A DNA stretch of 64,000 bases from Elusimicrobia bacterium GWB2_63_22 (GTDB lineage Bacteria; Elusimicrobiota; Elusimicrobia; Elusimicrobiales; UBA9959), in contig MGUA01000008.1 of assembly GCA_001799735.1 (NCBI GenBank), positions 7,175-71,174 of the forward strand, in the 5' to 3' direction. The number at the start of each line of letters is the position of its first letter. Within the stretch, counting starts at the first letter, position 1. A program made the position numbers and the translations under genes. Below, piece after piece: positions 8,992 to 17,273 of the stretch. The notes below the pieces were generated by a model that saw only the letters and a list, made by a program, of their open reading frames with translations, searched no databases and was not told the origin of the DNA.

Positions 8992-9936
8992 CTAATGCCG
9001 CGGCCCCGCGCCCGGCTTTTTGGCGGACCGGTTGAAACCGGCCTTCAGCCTGGCCAGCAGGCCCGCGGGAGCCTTGCTCACCGGGCGCAGCTCGCCGTCG
9101 CCGAACCTGGCCGTATAATCCTTGCGGGGCCCGCTGCAGACGCCGGCCAGCGCGCAGCCTGTACAGCGCCCCGTGCGTTCCTTTTCCCCGAAATAATGCC
9201 GCTGTTCGCCGCGCGCCAGCATGTGGGCGTCTATCGAGCGGTGCTCGAAGCCTTTCATGAAGCACAGCGGCACGCTGTCTGCCAGGAAATTGGCCCCGCC
9301 GGCCTCCAGCAGGCCGAAGGCTTTCTGCAGCCAGGGCTCGGCCGCCGTGAGCGTGGGGACCAGGGCGGGCCGCTCGGCGCAGCCGCCCATAAGTTTGGGA
9401 AAGTTTATTTCCAGGTAAAAAAGCCCCGGGAATTCCTTCAGGACGAACCGGGCGTAGGCCGGCAGGCTCCTGAGTATCAGCGAGTTGAGTACCAGCGTCA
9501 CCCGGACGCTGCCCGGGCCGGCCAGCGCTATCAGATTCTTTACGGCGGCGACCCGTTTGTCAAAATTGCCCTTCGTGCGCGTCAACCGGTCGAACAGGGC
9601 GTCGTTGTGGGCCGGCAGGTTGACGTTGAACATCGTCACCCCGGCCTCGAGATAGCGCCGGGCGGTTTCCGGTTTTTCCAGGCCGAAACCGTTGGTCACC
9701 AGCACCCTGTCGCGCACGCCGTGGGCGGCCGCGTAGCGCACCCACTTGAGGACGTCCGGCGCCAGCGTGGGCTCTCCGCCTTCAAAACAGACGGTTCCCT
9801 TGAACTCCGCGATAACGGCCTTGATGCGTTTTGCGCCGTAGCGCAGCTTTTCTCCCGGCCTGGAGCAGAACAGGCAGCGCTGGTTGCAGCTGTCGGTCAG
9901 GCAGATTATCGGGATATTGTTCTTCGCTGATTTCAT
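8992..9936 (-). CDS. Radical SAM protein
   Basis: CNQRCLFC (CX3CX2C) near the N-terminus, GGEPTL, and a C-terminal Cys cluster (CTGCALAGVC). Ends 3 nt before the carbamoyltransferase start. Confidence 0.8.
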   Translation of the reverse strand: MKSAKNNIPIICLTDSCNQRCLFCSRPGEKLRYGAKRIKAVIAEFKGTVCFEGGEPTLAPDVLKWVRYAAAHGVRDRVLVTNGFGLEKPETARRYLEAGVTMFNVNLPAHNDALFDRLTRTKGNFDKRVAAVKNLIALAGPGSVRVTLVLNSLILRSLPAYARFVLKEFPGLFYLEINFPKLMGGCAERPALVPTLTAAEPWLQKAFGLLEAGGANFLADSVPLCFMKGFEHRSIDAHMLARGEQRHYFGEKERTGRCTGCALAGVCSGPRKDYTARFGDGELRPVSKAPAGLLARLKAGFNRSAKKPGAGPRH

Positions 9937-9951
9937 GTCGGTCTTATAGTA

Positions 9952-9990
9952 CTGCTCCCATGCCGGCCCCGGGGCCTGGCATGGGAGCAG
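9952..9990 (-). promoter_or_regulatory. Intercistronic GC-rich hairpin (19-bp stem, one bulge) between ygeW and the radical SAM gene
   Basis: CTGCTCCCATGCCGGCCCC / GGGGCCTGGCATGGGAGCAG. No U-tract follows on the minus strand. Confidence 0.5.
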
Positions 9991-10011
9991 TGGGACGGCT
10001 TGCCGCCGAGC

Positions 10012-11196
10012 TTACAGAACGCGCTTCTGCCCGGCCTTGAACAGGGCCTCGAGCACTTTGGCGGGGTTCTTCTTGGTGCAGGCGGTGATTATGGCCGCGA
10101 TGATGAAGGGCTTGTAGCCGGCTTCCTTGTAGGTGCCGATGCGGGCCTTTTCGAACACGCTGGCGCTCACTTCGCCGGCCTTGCAGCTGACGTCGGTGAT
10201 GTCGGCGGGCAGGCAGTGCATGTATACGGCCTCGCCGCCCTTGGTCAGCTTCATCTTGGCCTCGTCGCATTCCCAGTTCATGAACTTGGCGTTGTTGGCC
10301 AGGCACTCTTTCTCCAGGTCCTTGAGGCCGGCGTTGTCGCCCTTTTCGAGCAGCGCGGTGCGGCGCTCCATCACCTTGAACGGCGCCCAGCTCTTGGGGT
10401 AGACGATGTCGGCGTCCTTGAACGCGGTCTCCATGCTGTTGGAAACCTTAAAGGAACCGCCGGACTTCTGGGCGTTGGCCTGGGCCACCTTGATGGTCTC
10501 GGGCAGCAGGTCGTAGCCCTCGGGGTGGGCGAGCTCGACGTTCATGCCGTAGCGGGTCATGAGGCAGATGACGCCCTGCGGCACGGAGAGGGGCTTGCCG
10601 TAGCTGGGCGAGTAGGCCCAGGTCATGGCGATCTTCTTGCCCTTCAGGTTCTCGAAGCCGCCGAAATGGTTCTTTATGAACAGCATGTCCGACATGCTCT
10701 GGGTGGGGTGGTCCAGGTCGCACTGGAGGTTCACCACGGCCGGGCGCTGGTTCAGCACGCCCTGCTTGAAGCCGTCGTCCAGGGCCTCGGCCACTTCCTT
10801 CATGTAGGTGTGGCCCTTGCCGATGAACATGTCGTCGCGGATGCCGACGGCCTCGGTGAGGAAGGAGATCATGTTGGCGGTCTCTCGCACGGTCTCGCCG
10901 TGGGCGATCTGCGATTTGCCCTCGTCCAGGTCCTGCACGGCCAGGCCGAGCAGGTTGCAGGCGGAGGCGAAGGAGAAGCGGGTGCGGGTGGAATTGTCGC
11001 GGAAGTTGGAGACGGCCAGGCCGGTCTTGAACATGTCCACGGGGATGTTCTTGGCGTGCATTTCCTTAAGCAGCTCGGCTATCAGGAACACTTGCTTCAG
11101 TTCGGCGTCGGATTTTTCCCAGGTCAGCAGGAAATCCTTGCCGTAAAGGTCGGCGCCTATTTTTTCAAGTTCGGCTAAAGAGGTGTTTATGTCCAT
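10012..11196 (-). CDS. ygeW: YgeW-type (knotted) carbamoyltransferase
   Basis: STRTR motif (NSTRTRFSF) and an HCLP-type C-terminal motif (MHCLPA). Length of 394 aa from the internal ATG (MDINTSL...), which has GGAG upstream. Confidence 0.85.
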   Translation of the reverse strand: MDINTSLAELEKIGADLYGKDFLLTWEKSDAELKQVFLIAELLKEMHAKNIPVDMFKTGLAVSNFRDNSTRTRFSFASACNLLGLAVQDLDEGKSQIAHGETVRETANMISFLTEAVGIRDDMFIGKGHTYMKEVAEALDDGFKQGVLNQRPAVVNLQCDLDHPTQSMSDMLFIKNHFGGFENLKGKKIAMTWAYSPSYGKPLSVPQGVICLMTRYGMNVELAHPEGYDLLPETIKVAQANAQKSGGSFKVSNSMETAFKDADIVYPKSWAPFKVMERRTALLEKGDNAGLKDLEKECLANNAKFMNWECDEAKMKLTKGGEAVYMHCLPADITDVSCKAGEVSASVFEKARIGTYKEAGYKPFIIAAIITACTKKNPAKVLEALFKAGQKRVL

Positions 11197-11254
11197 AGGT
11201 AGTTGTTGTCTCCAGGTATTCAAATTGTAAACGTCCGCCGCAAATAACTCTCCA

Positions 11255-11284
11255 ATTAAATGTCTTTCCCCGTCCTATTGTCAA
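11255..11284 (-). promoter_or_regulatory. Candidate sigma70 promoter for ygeW
   Basis: Minus strand reads TTGACA, an 18-nt spacer, then TTTAAT, about 60 nt upstream of the ATG. Confidence 0.3.
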
Positions 11285-11292
11285 GACGGCCC

Positions 11293-12309
11293 TCAGGCCG
11301 CCGGGAGGTTCTCCCCGACGAAGGGGTCGGGAGCGGACAGGCTGCCGTAGACCGCCTCGGCCGCCGCCGGGCAGCCGCCGCGGCAATCGGCCGCCCGGGC
11401 GCAGTCCCGGCAGCGCTCCGGCAGCGCGGTCCTGAACCGGGCGACGTACGGGTGGGCCAGCAGTTCCGGCAGGTCGCTCCGCAGCAGGCTGCCCAGGAGC
11501 TCCGGGCTATGGTTGCAGACGCGGAGATTGCCGCTGAAATCCACCGTGTAGTAGGATCCCTTGCCGCCGCGGGGGCAGCTGCCGGAACGGATGTTTTTGT
11601 AGCGGGACAGGTCCAGCACGCAGGGCGGCACCGGCACCGAGGCCGCTACCGGGAACTTGTACTTCCCGGAGAAAGCGTCCAGCTCCGAAAGCGCCTTCTC
11701 CAGCTGCTCCGGCGCCGGCATAAACTCCAGGTGTTCCCGGCGGGCCGGGTTGAGGCGGTTGAACAGCAGGCCGCGCGCGCCCAGAAAAAGAGAAAAGCCG
11801 GCTGCCTCCGCGGCGCCGGAGACGTTGTCCCTGGTGGCCACGAAAACGGTGGAGAACGGGACGCCGGAGACCTTCAGCTCGGCTATGCCCGCGGTGACGG
11901 CGTCGAAGTCGTCGGAGCCTTTGACCCTGGCGTACAGGGCGCGGTCGGCCGCCGGCAGCGTGACCTGCGCCATGGAAACCCCGGCCGCCGCCAGCCGGCC
12001 GGCCGCGCCTGCGTCAAGCAGCGCGCCGTTGGTCAGCAGGTTCACCGACATGCCCTGCTCCCTGATAAAAGCCGCCAGGTCAAAAACCGCCGGCCAGAGC
12101 AGCGGCTCGCCCCCGGATAGGGCGATCTGCCGGGGCCTGGCCTGGCGCTTAAGCTTCAGTATTATCTTTTTCCAGTCTGCCAGGCCCAGGGAGGGCGCGG
12201 GGTAGGGTTGGTGGCGCCAGGCGTTGTAGCACCAGGCGCAGCCCTGGTTGCAGTCCGGGGTCAGCTCCAGTACGAAGGAACTCAGGTCCGCCTTCCTCCG
12301 GAACATCAA
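11293..12309 (-). CDS. Radical SAM/SPASM-domain protein
   Basis: CNQGCAWC (CX3CX2C), GGEPLL, and a C-terminal CRDCARAADCRGGC (CX2CX5CX3C) SPASM signature. Confidence 0.85.
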   Translation of the reverse strand: MMFRRKADLSSFVLELTPDCNQGCAWCYNAWRHQPYPAPSLGLADWKKIILKLKRQARPRQIALSGGEPLLWPAVFDLAAFIREQGMSVNLLTNGALLDAGAAGRLAAAGVSMAQVTLPAADRALYARVKGSDDFDAVTAGIAELKVSGVPFSTVFVATRDNVSGAAEAAGFSLFLGARGLLFNRLNPARREHLEFMPAPEQLEKALSELDAFSGKYKFPVAASVPVPPCVLDLSRYKNIRSGSCPRGGKGSYYTVDFSGNLRVCNHSPELLGSLLRSDLPELLAHPYVARFRTALPERCRDCARAADCRGGCPAAAEAVYGSLSAPDPFVGENLPAA

Positions 12310-12710
12310 TTTCCGCCGGAAACTGTTTTCTTCACGTCAGCCGGGGTATCCGTGAAAACCGTGCCGGATAATTTCCGGAAGGTTTCGGTGGAGACGCGGT
12401 CGCTGTACTTTTCCTGGAGCTCGGCGCGCTGCATCCGGTCCTCTTCCGTTTCAGGTCCCGCCTGTTCCGAGTGGCCCAGGCTGGCCGGCATATAGCACAT
12501 CACGCCGCCGGGATCGTAATCCTCGGAATGCAGCAGCACCCAGCCGGCGACCCAGAGGGCCAGCAGCCCCGGCAGGCCCAGCAGGAGGGCCAGCCCCTTC
12601 CAAAGGGCGCGCTTGTCCCGCGTTTTAGCGAAGCGGCGCAGGTATACCGCTGAAAAACCGATACAAACCAGATAGGCCGCCAGTATGCCCCACAAAATTA
12701 ACCAATCCAT
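12306..12710 (-). CDS. Two-TM membrane protein, hypothetical
   Basis: Two hydrophobic helices followed by an acidic soluble tail. Stop overlaps the rSAM/SPASM start (ATGA). Confidence 0.5.
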   Translation of the reverse strand: MDWLILWGILAAYLVCIGFSAVYLRRFAKTRDKRALWKGLALLLGLPGLLALWVAGWVLLHSEDYDPGGVMCYMPASLGHSEQAGPETEEDRMQRAELQEKYSDRVSTETFRKLSGTVFTDTPADVKKTVSGGN

Positions 12711-12868
12711 GGTTTCACCTCTCTCCCTGCAGCTGTCCGCTGCCGGATCGCCGCGGAAAATGTGTTCCGCGGCCGCATAACTATTATAGCGAAACGTAGG
12801 GGGGTTTCTTCAGGCGGCCCCATTTTTTATATGATATTCAGACCCGGGGACGTCCCGGGCGTTTTATC

Positions 12869-13564
12869 ATGAGAACCCTTAAACTCCTCCCTCTTTTTGC
12901 GCTGCTGGCCGCGGCTGCCTGCGCGCCGGGCTATACCGAGCTGCGGCGCGGCAAGGACGTTTACGCCGATTTCGCGGCCCTGAAGGCCGCCAACGCCGAA
13001 GGCCTGGATTATTCCCGCGAGGTCTACGACAGGGGCTCGGCCATCACGGTTTTAGCCGTGCACGGCGGCGACATAGAGACCGCCACCTCCCGGGTGGCCC
13101 GGCACGTGGCCGGCAAAGACCTGAACCTCTACCTTTTTAACGGCTGGCACGGCCAGTCCGGAGACCTGCACGTGACGTCGGCCCGGTTCGACGACCCGGA
13201 CGCGGTGCGCCTGGCCGCCGCGGCGACCCTCGGCATCTCCATCCACGCCCAGGCCGATCGCGGCACCTGGATCTGCGTGGGCGGCAGCAATACCGCCGCG
13301 GCGGGCCTGGTGACCAGGCGGCTGCTGGCGGCCGGCTTCGCCGCCGAGACCCCCTGCCGGCGCCTGCCGGGCACCTCCCCCAAAAATATCGTCAACCGCC
13401 CTTCCTCCGGTGGCGTGCAGCTGGAGCTGACGCTGCGCCTGCTGGAGAGGCTTGAAAGGAGCGGGGAAGAACTGTCAAGATTTAGCGAGGCCGTGCGGCA
13501 AGCCGCGCTGGAATCGCTGCCAAAAATTACGCAGCAGGCGATCAAAGAGGAGACATCAGAATGA
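12869..13564 (+). CDS. Poly-gamma-glutamate hydrolase family (DUF867/PghP-like) lipoprotein
   Basis: Lipobox LLAAAAC. Motifs VLAVHGGDIE, LYLFNG, GISIHA, ICVGGSN are typical of the family. Confidence 0.72.
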   Translation: MRTLKLLPLFALLAAAACAPGYTELRRGKDVYADFAALKAANAEGLDYSREVYDRGSAITVLAVHGGDIETATSRVARHVAGKDLNLYLFNGWHGQSGDLHVTSARFDDPDAVRLAAAATLGISIHAQADRGTWICVGGSNTAAAGLVTRRLLAAGFAAETPCRRLPGTSPKNIVNRPSSGGVQLELTLRLLERLERSGEELSRFSEAVRQAALESLPKITQQAIKEETSE

Positions 13565-14661
13565 AAAAGATAAGGATATTCGCTTTCGGCGGCAACGAAG
13601 TCGCCCCGGTGGGTCTGAAGGACAAGGACGGCAAGACCATCAACCCCGACATCGCCATGCAGTGGCAGCGCACCGCCGAGACCGGCAAGCTGGTGGCCGA
13701 CATTTTTGAAAAGCACCCGAACGACAAGTACGTGATCACCCACGGCAACGGCCCGCAGGTGGGCAATATCCTGATGCGCGCCGAGATGTGCCGCCCCACC
13801 ATGTTCCCGCTGCCGCTAGACGTCTGCGTGGCCGACACGCAGGGCGCGATGTCCTTTATGATGGCGCAGCTCAACAACGAGCTCAACATCCGCGGCATCG
13901 ACAACCTCCTGGCCGGCATCGTGACGCAGGTGGTGGTGGACAAGGACGATCCCGATTTCAAGACCCCTTCCAAGTACGTGGGCCAGTCCTACACCGCCGA
14001 CGAGGCCAAACAGCGCAAGGCCGAGGGCTGGGTGATGAAGATGTACAAGAAGGACGACAAGGGCAACGAGATCTGGCGCCGCGTGGTGCCCTCGCCCGTG
14101 CCCACCGACATTGTGGAGATAGACGCGATCGAGGCCCTGCTGGACAAGGGCATAGTGCCGATCACCGTGGGCGGCGGCGGCATCCCGGTGCGCGAAGTGC
14201 CGGCTGAAGTTAAGGACGGGGTTGAGACCTACACCACCAATTTCGGCGTTAAATTCAGCAAGCCGCATAAGGGCGACAAGCCGCTGAAGATGTACACCGG
14301 CGTGGAGGCCGTGATAGACAAGGACCTGGCCAGCGCCCTGCTGGGCTGCATGCTGATGAAGCGCGCCAAGGCCCGCGGCGAGGAAGTTGAGGTCAGCCTG
14401 ACCATCTTCACCGGCGAGGACGGCGCCAAGCTGAACTACCAGAAGCCCGACGAGAAGAGCCTGCGCGTGATCAAGGTCTCCGAGCTGGAGGCCATCTACA
14501 ACCAGGTGCCCCCGCCTTTCCCGGCGGGCTCGATGGGCCCCAAGATCAAGGCCGTGATAGAGTTCATCAAGAACGGCGGCTCCGTGGCCTACATCTCCAA
14601 GACCGAGCTGTTCGAGGAAACGCTGGCGGGCAAGGCCGGCACCACCGTCCTGCCCGGCTAG
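13561..14661 (+). CDS. Carbamate kinase family protein (long form, 366 aa)
   Basis: FGGNE..., THGNGPQVGN signature, GGGGIPV. ATGA overlap with the upstream gene. Confidence 0.8.
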   Translation: MKKIRIFAFGGNEVAPVGLKDKDGKTINPDIAMQWQRTAETGKLVADIFEKHPNDKYVITHGNGPQVGNILMRAEMCRPTMFPLPLDVCVADTQGAMSFMMAQLNNELNIRGIDNLLAGIVTQVVVDKDDPDFKTPSKYVGQSYTADEAKQRKAEGWVMKMYKKDDKGNEIWRRVVPSPVPTDIVEIDAIEALLDKGIVPITVGGGGIPVREVPAEVKDGVETYTTNFGVKFSKPHKGDKPLKMYTGVEAVIDKDLASALLGCMLMKRAKARGEEVEVSLTIFTGEDGAKLNYQKPDEKSLRVIKVSELEAIYNQVPPPFPAGSMGPKIKAVIEFIKNGGSVAYISKTELFEETLAGKAGTTVLPG

Positions 14662-14670
14662 GCGTCCCCT

Positions 14671-15909
14671 ATGAAAAAAATAAAGACTTTACAGTGCATA
14701 CGCTGCGGAAAAGACCATAAACTGACCGACACCAAGTACAACTGCACCGCCTGCGGCGGCAACCTGCAGGTGCTCTACGATTATAACCTGATCAAGAAGC
14801 GGTTGAACTACGACGTGCTCAAGGACAACCCGGAGCGCAGCATCTGGCGCTACCTGGACATCCTGCCGGTGGCGAGCATAAAAAACGTGCCGCCCGTGCA
14901 GGTGGGCTGGACGCCGCTCTACAAAGCGGAAAAACTGGGCGTCGAGGCCGGCGTGAACAACCTCTATATAAAGGACGACGGCCGCAATCCCAGCGCCTCG
15001 TTCAAGGACCGCGCCAGCGCGGTGGTGACGGCGCGCGCGCTGGAGCTGAAGGAGAAGGTGATCACCACCGCCTCCACCGGCAACGCCGCCTCTTCGCTCG
15101 CCTGTCTTACCGGCAGCCTGGACATGAAGACCATGATCTTCGTCCCGGAGACCGCCCCCCAGGCCAAGGTGGCGCAGCTGCTGGTCTACGGCGCCACGGT
15201 CATCATGGTGAAGGGCACCTACGACGACGCTTTCGAACTGTGTCTCAAGGCCTCGCAGGAGTACGGCTGGTACAACCGCAGCACCGGCATCAACCCGTTC
15301 ACCCGCGAAGGCAAGAAGACCTGCTCTTTCGAGATATGCGAGCAGATGAACTGGGAGACCCCGGACAAGGTGTTCGTCTCGGTCGGGGACGGCAATATCC
15401 TCAGCGGCATCTGGAAGGGCTTCGTGGAATTCCACCGCCTGGGCATCATAGAGCGCCTGCCGCAGCTGGTGGCGGTGCAGGCCGAGCATTCCGACTCTAT
15501 CAAGCGCGCCTTTGAGTCCGGCACGGACGTGCAGCCGGTCAGCGGGATCACCGTGGCCGACAGCATCTCGGTCAGCCTGCCGCGCGACGGCATGGCGGCC
15601 GTGATGGCCATAAAGGATTCCGGCGGCTTCGCGGTCAGCGTGACCGACGAGGAGATCCTGGCGGCCATCCCGCGCATAGCCCGCGGCTCCAACGTCTTTG
15701 CCGAACCGGCCGCGGCGGCCACCTACGCGGGCCTGCTGAAGGCCGTGAAGGAAGGGAAAGTGAAGGACAATGAGTCGGTGGTCCTCCTGATCAGCGGCAA
15801 CGGGCTGAAGGATATACAGAGCGCCATGAAGTCGGTGGGCAAGCCGTATCTCATCAACCCTGAAATAGGCGAGTTGAAGCGGCTGGTGGCTGATAACAAG
15901 CTGGCCTGA
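14671..15909 (+). CDS. Threonine-synthase-family PLP enzyme with N-terminal zinc ribbon
   Basis: CIRCGK...CTACGG ribbon, PLP-lysine motif SASFKDRAS, and a Gly-rich loop. About 410 aa, like short archaeal-type ThrC. Confidence 0.72.
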   Translation: MKKIKTLQCIRCGKDHKLTDTKYNCTACGGNLQVLYDYNLIKKRLNYDVLKDNPERSIWRYLDILPVASIKNVPPVQVGWTPLYKAEKLGVEAGVNNLYIKDDGRNPSASFKDRASAVVTARALELKEKVITTASTGNAASSLACLTGSLDMKTMIFVPETAPQAKVAQLLVYGATVIMVKGTYDDAFELCLKASQEYGWYNRSTGINPFTREGKKTCSFEICEQMNWETPDKVFVSVGDGNILSGIWKGFVEFHRLGIIERLPQLVAVQAEHSDSIKRAFESGTDVQPVSGITVADSISVSLPRDGMAAVMAIKDSGGFAVSVTDEEILAAIPRIARGSNVFAEPAAAATYAGLLKAVKEGKVKDNESVVLLISGNGLKDIQSAMKSVGKPYLINPEIGELKRLVADNKLA

Positions 15910-15923
15910 CGGCCGCCCGCAAC

Positions 15924-15968
15924 AAACCGCGCGTTACCCGGCATTACAGGGTAACGCGCGGTTTTTTT
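15924..15968 (+). terminator. Intrinsic terminator
   Basis: 16-bp stem AAACCGCGCGTTACCC / GGGTAACGCGCGGTTT followed by a T-run. Confidence 0.8.
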
Positions 15969-16104
15969 ATTACCTTAAGGCCCAGGCGGGCCTGGGTCCA
16001 AAAACCCCCTCTCCCGGGTCCCTATGCCCCTTATTATAGGTATATCTTTATATTAAGATTTAAGTGTGAAGTCATGTCCCTAACAGAATGGAGGGTGTAA
16101 CCGC

Positions 16105-17199
16105 ATGTTAAATAAACTTGTGGCAGTATTCGCTTGTCTCGGCTTTGCGGCCCAGGCCGGCGCCGAAGTTCAGTTCGACCAGAATATCGACGTCAAAAGC
16201 GTCATCGAACAGGCCAAAAGCTCCGATGTGAAAGCTCCTTATCCTTATTATGGCCCCCACCGCGTACGTTACAGCCGCGACTGCAGGAATTTCTCTTATT
16301 CCGGCGGTTACGCGCAGTCTTCGGAAAGGGTGTACCTGCAGAGCACGGAGTATATAGAGGATTGCCGCTTCGTACCCGCTCCTCCGCCTCCTCCTCCGAC
16401 GCCCCCGCAGCCCAATCCCAACGGCCCCAAGCCGCCGAAGCCCGGCAAGCCTGACAATCCCGGCCACCCGAAGGCCGCGGACGCCAAGGATTACAACCCC
16501 GGCTACCCCGGTTACAACCAGCCCGGTTTCCCGGCCTACCCCGGTAATGACGGCCCGCACGGCAATTATTCCTACTCCGGTCATTACGGCAATCAGCAGG
16601 GCACCTGGTACTGCCACGAGCGCGCCGGCCAGACCTTCCGCTCCACCGCGCAGATGAACGTGCCCGCCCGCCAGATGTACCCCTGGGAGAGCGAGACTTT
16701 CGAGGTCTGCCAGGAGGCCGACCGCCAGGGCTTCGACATAAAACGGTCCCCGTACCGCTACTCCGTGGACCGCGACGGCATGTACGACGTGACCTACAAC
16801 CTCACGCCTACCTACCGCACCCCCACGGCCCCCGACTCCAACGGCCTGAACGCCACCGCGTTCGCCTTCCGCGACGGCAAGTTCTTCCTGAACGTCTCCG
16901 ACAGGTGGACCAGCGAGTACGCCGGCGAGAAAGTCATGGTCAAGGTTGAGCTGATCAAGGACGGCTTCCTGTTCTTCAACAGCAGCCAGGGCGAGAAGGA
17001 GTTCACCTTCGACACCGCCGGCAGCTACGAGCTGGCCTTCGCCGAGGGCGACCTGACCAAGACCAAGGATTACGTGGACACCAGCTCCGACCTGCGCGGC
17101 CCCAAGAAGTTCTTCGTGAAATGGGGCTTCAGGCGCATCGGCAGCGTTTCCACCAACGAGTACGTCAAGAAAGGCGACACCGACAAGATAACGAAGTAA
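16105..17199 (+). CDS. Secreted protein with Pro-rich linker, tandem paralog A
   Basis: Signal peptide ...AAQAGA-EV, a PPPPPPTPPQPNPNGPKPPKPGKP low-complexity tract, and conserved blocks shared with the next gene. Confidence 0.65.
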   Translation: MLNKLVAVFACLGFAAQAGAEVQFDQNIDVKSVIEQAKSSDVKAPYPYYGPHRVRYSRDCRNFSYSGGYAQSSERVYLQSTEYIEDCRFVPAPPPPPPTPPQPNPNGPKPPKPGKPDNPGHPKAADAKDYNPGYPGYNQPGFPAYPGNDGPHGNYSYSGHYGNQQGTWYCHERAGQTFRSTAQMNVPARQMYPWESETFEVCQEADRQGFDIKRSPYRYSVDRDGMYDVTYNLTPTYRTPTAPDSNGLNATAFAFRDGKFFLNVSDRWTSEYAGEKVMVKVELIKDGFLFFNSSQGEKEFTFDTAGSYELAFAEGDLTKTKDYVDTSSDLRGPKKFFVKWGFRRIGSVSTNEYVKKGDTDKITK

Positions 17200-17273
17200 A
17201 ATCGTCGCCAGGGCTCCCCGCGGCAGCCGCCGCGGGGGTTCCTGTCTATACTGTTGAATAACGGAGGAAGTTA

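Noticed and set aside
12840-12860. Near-palindrome CCCGGGGACGTCCCGGG upstream of the PghP-like gene.
   Set aside because: It is short, imperfect (off by one G) and GC-rich in a GC-rich genome, so it is not distinguishable from chance.
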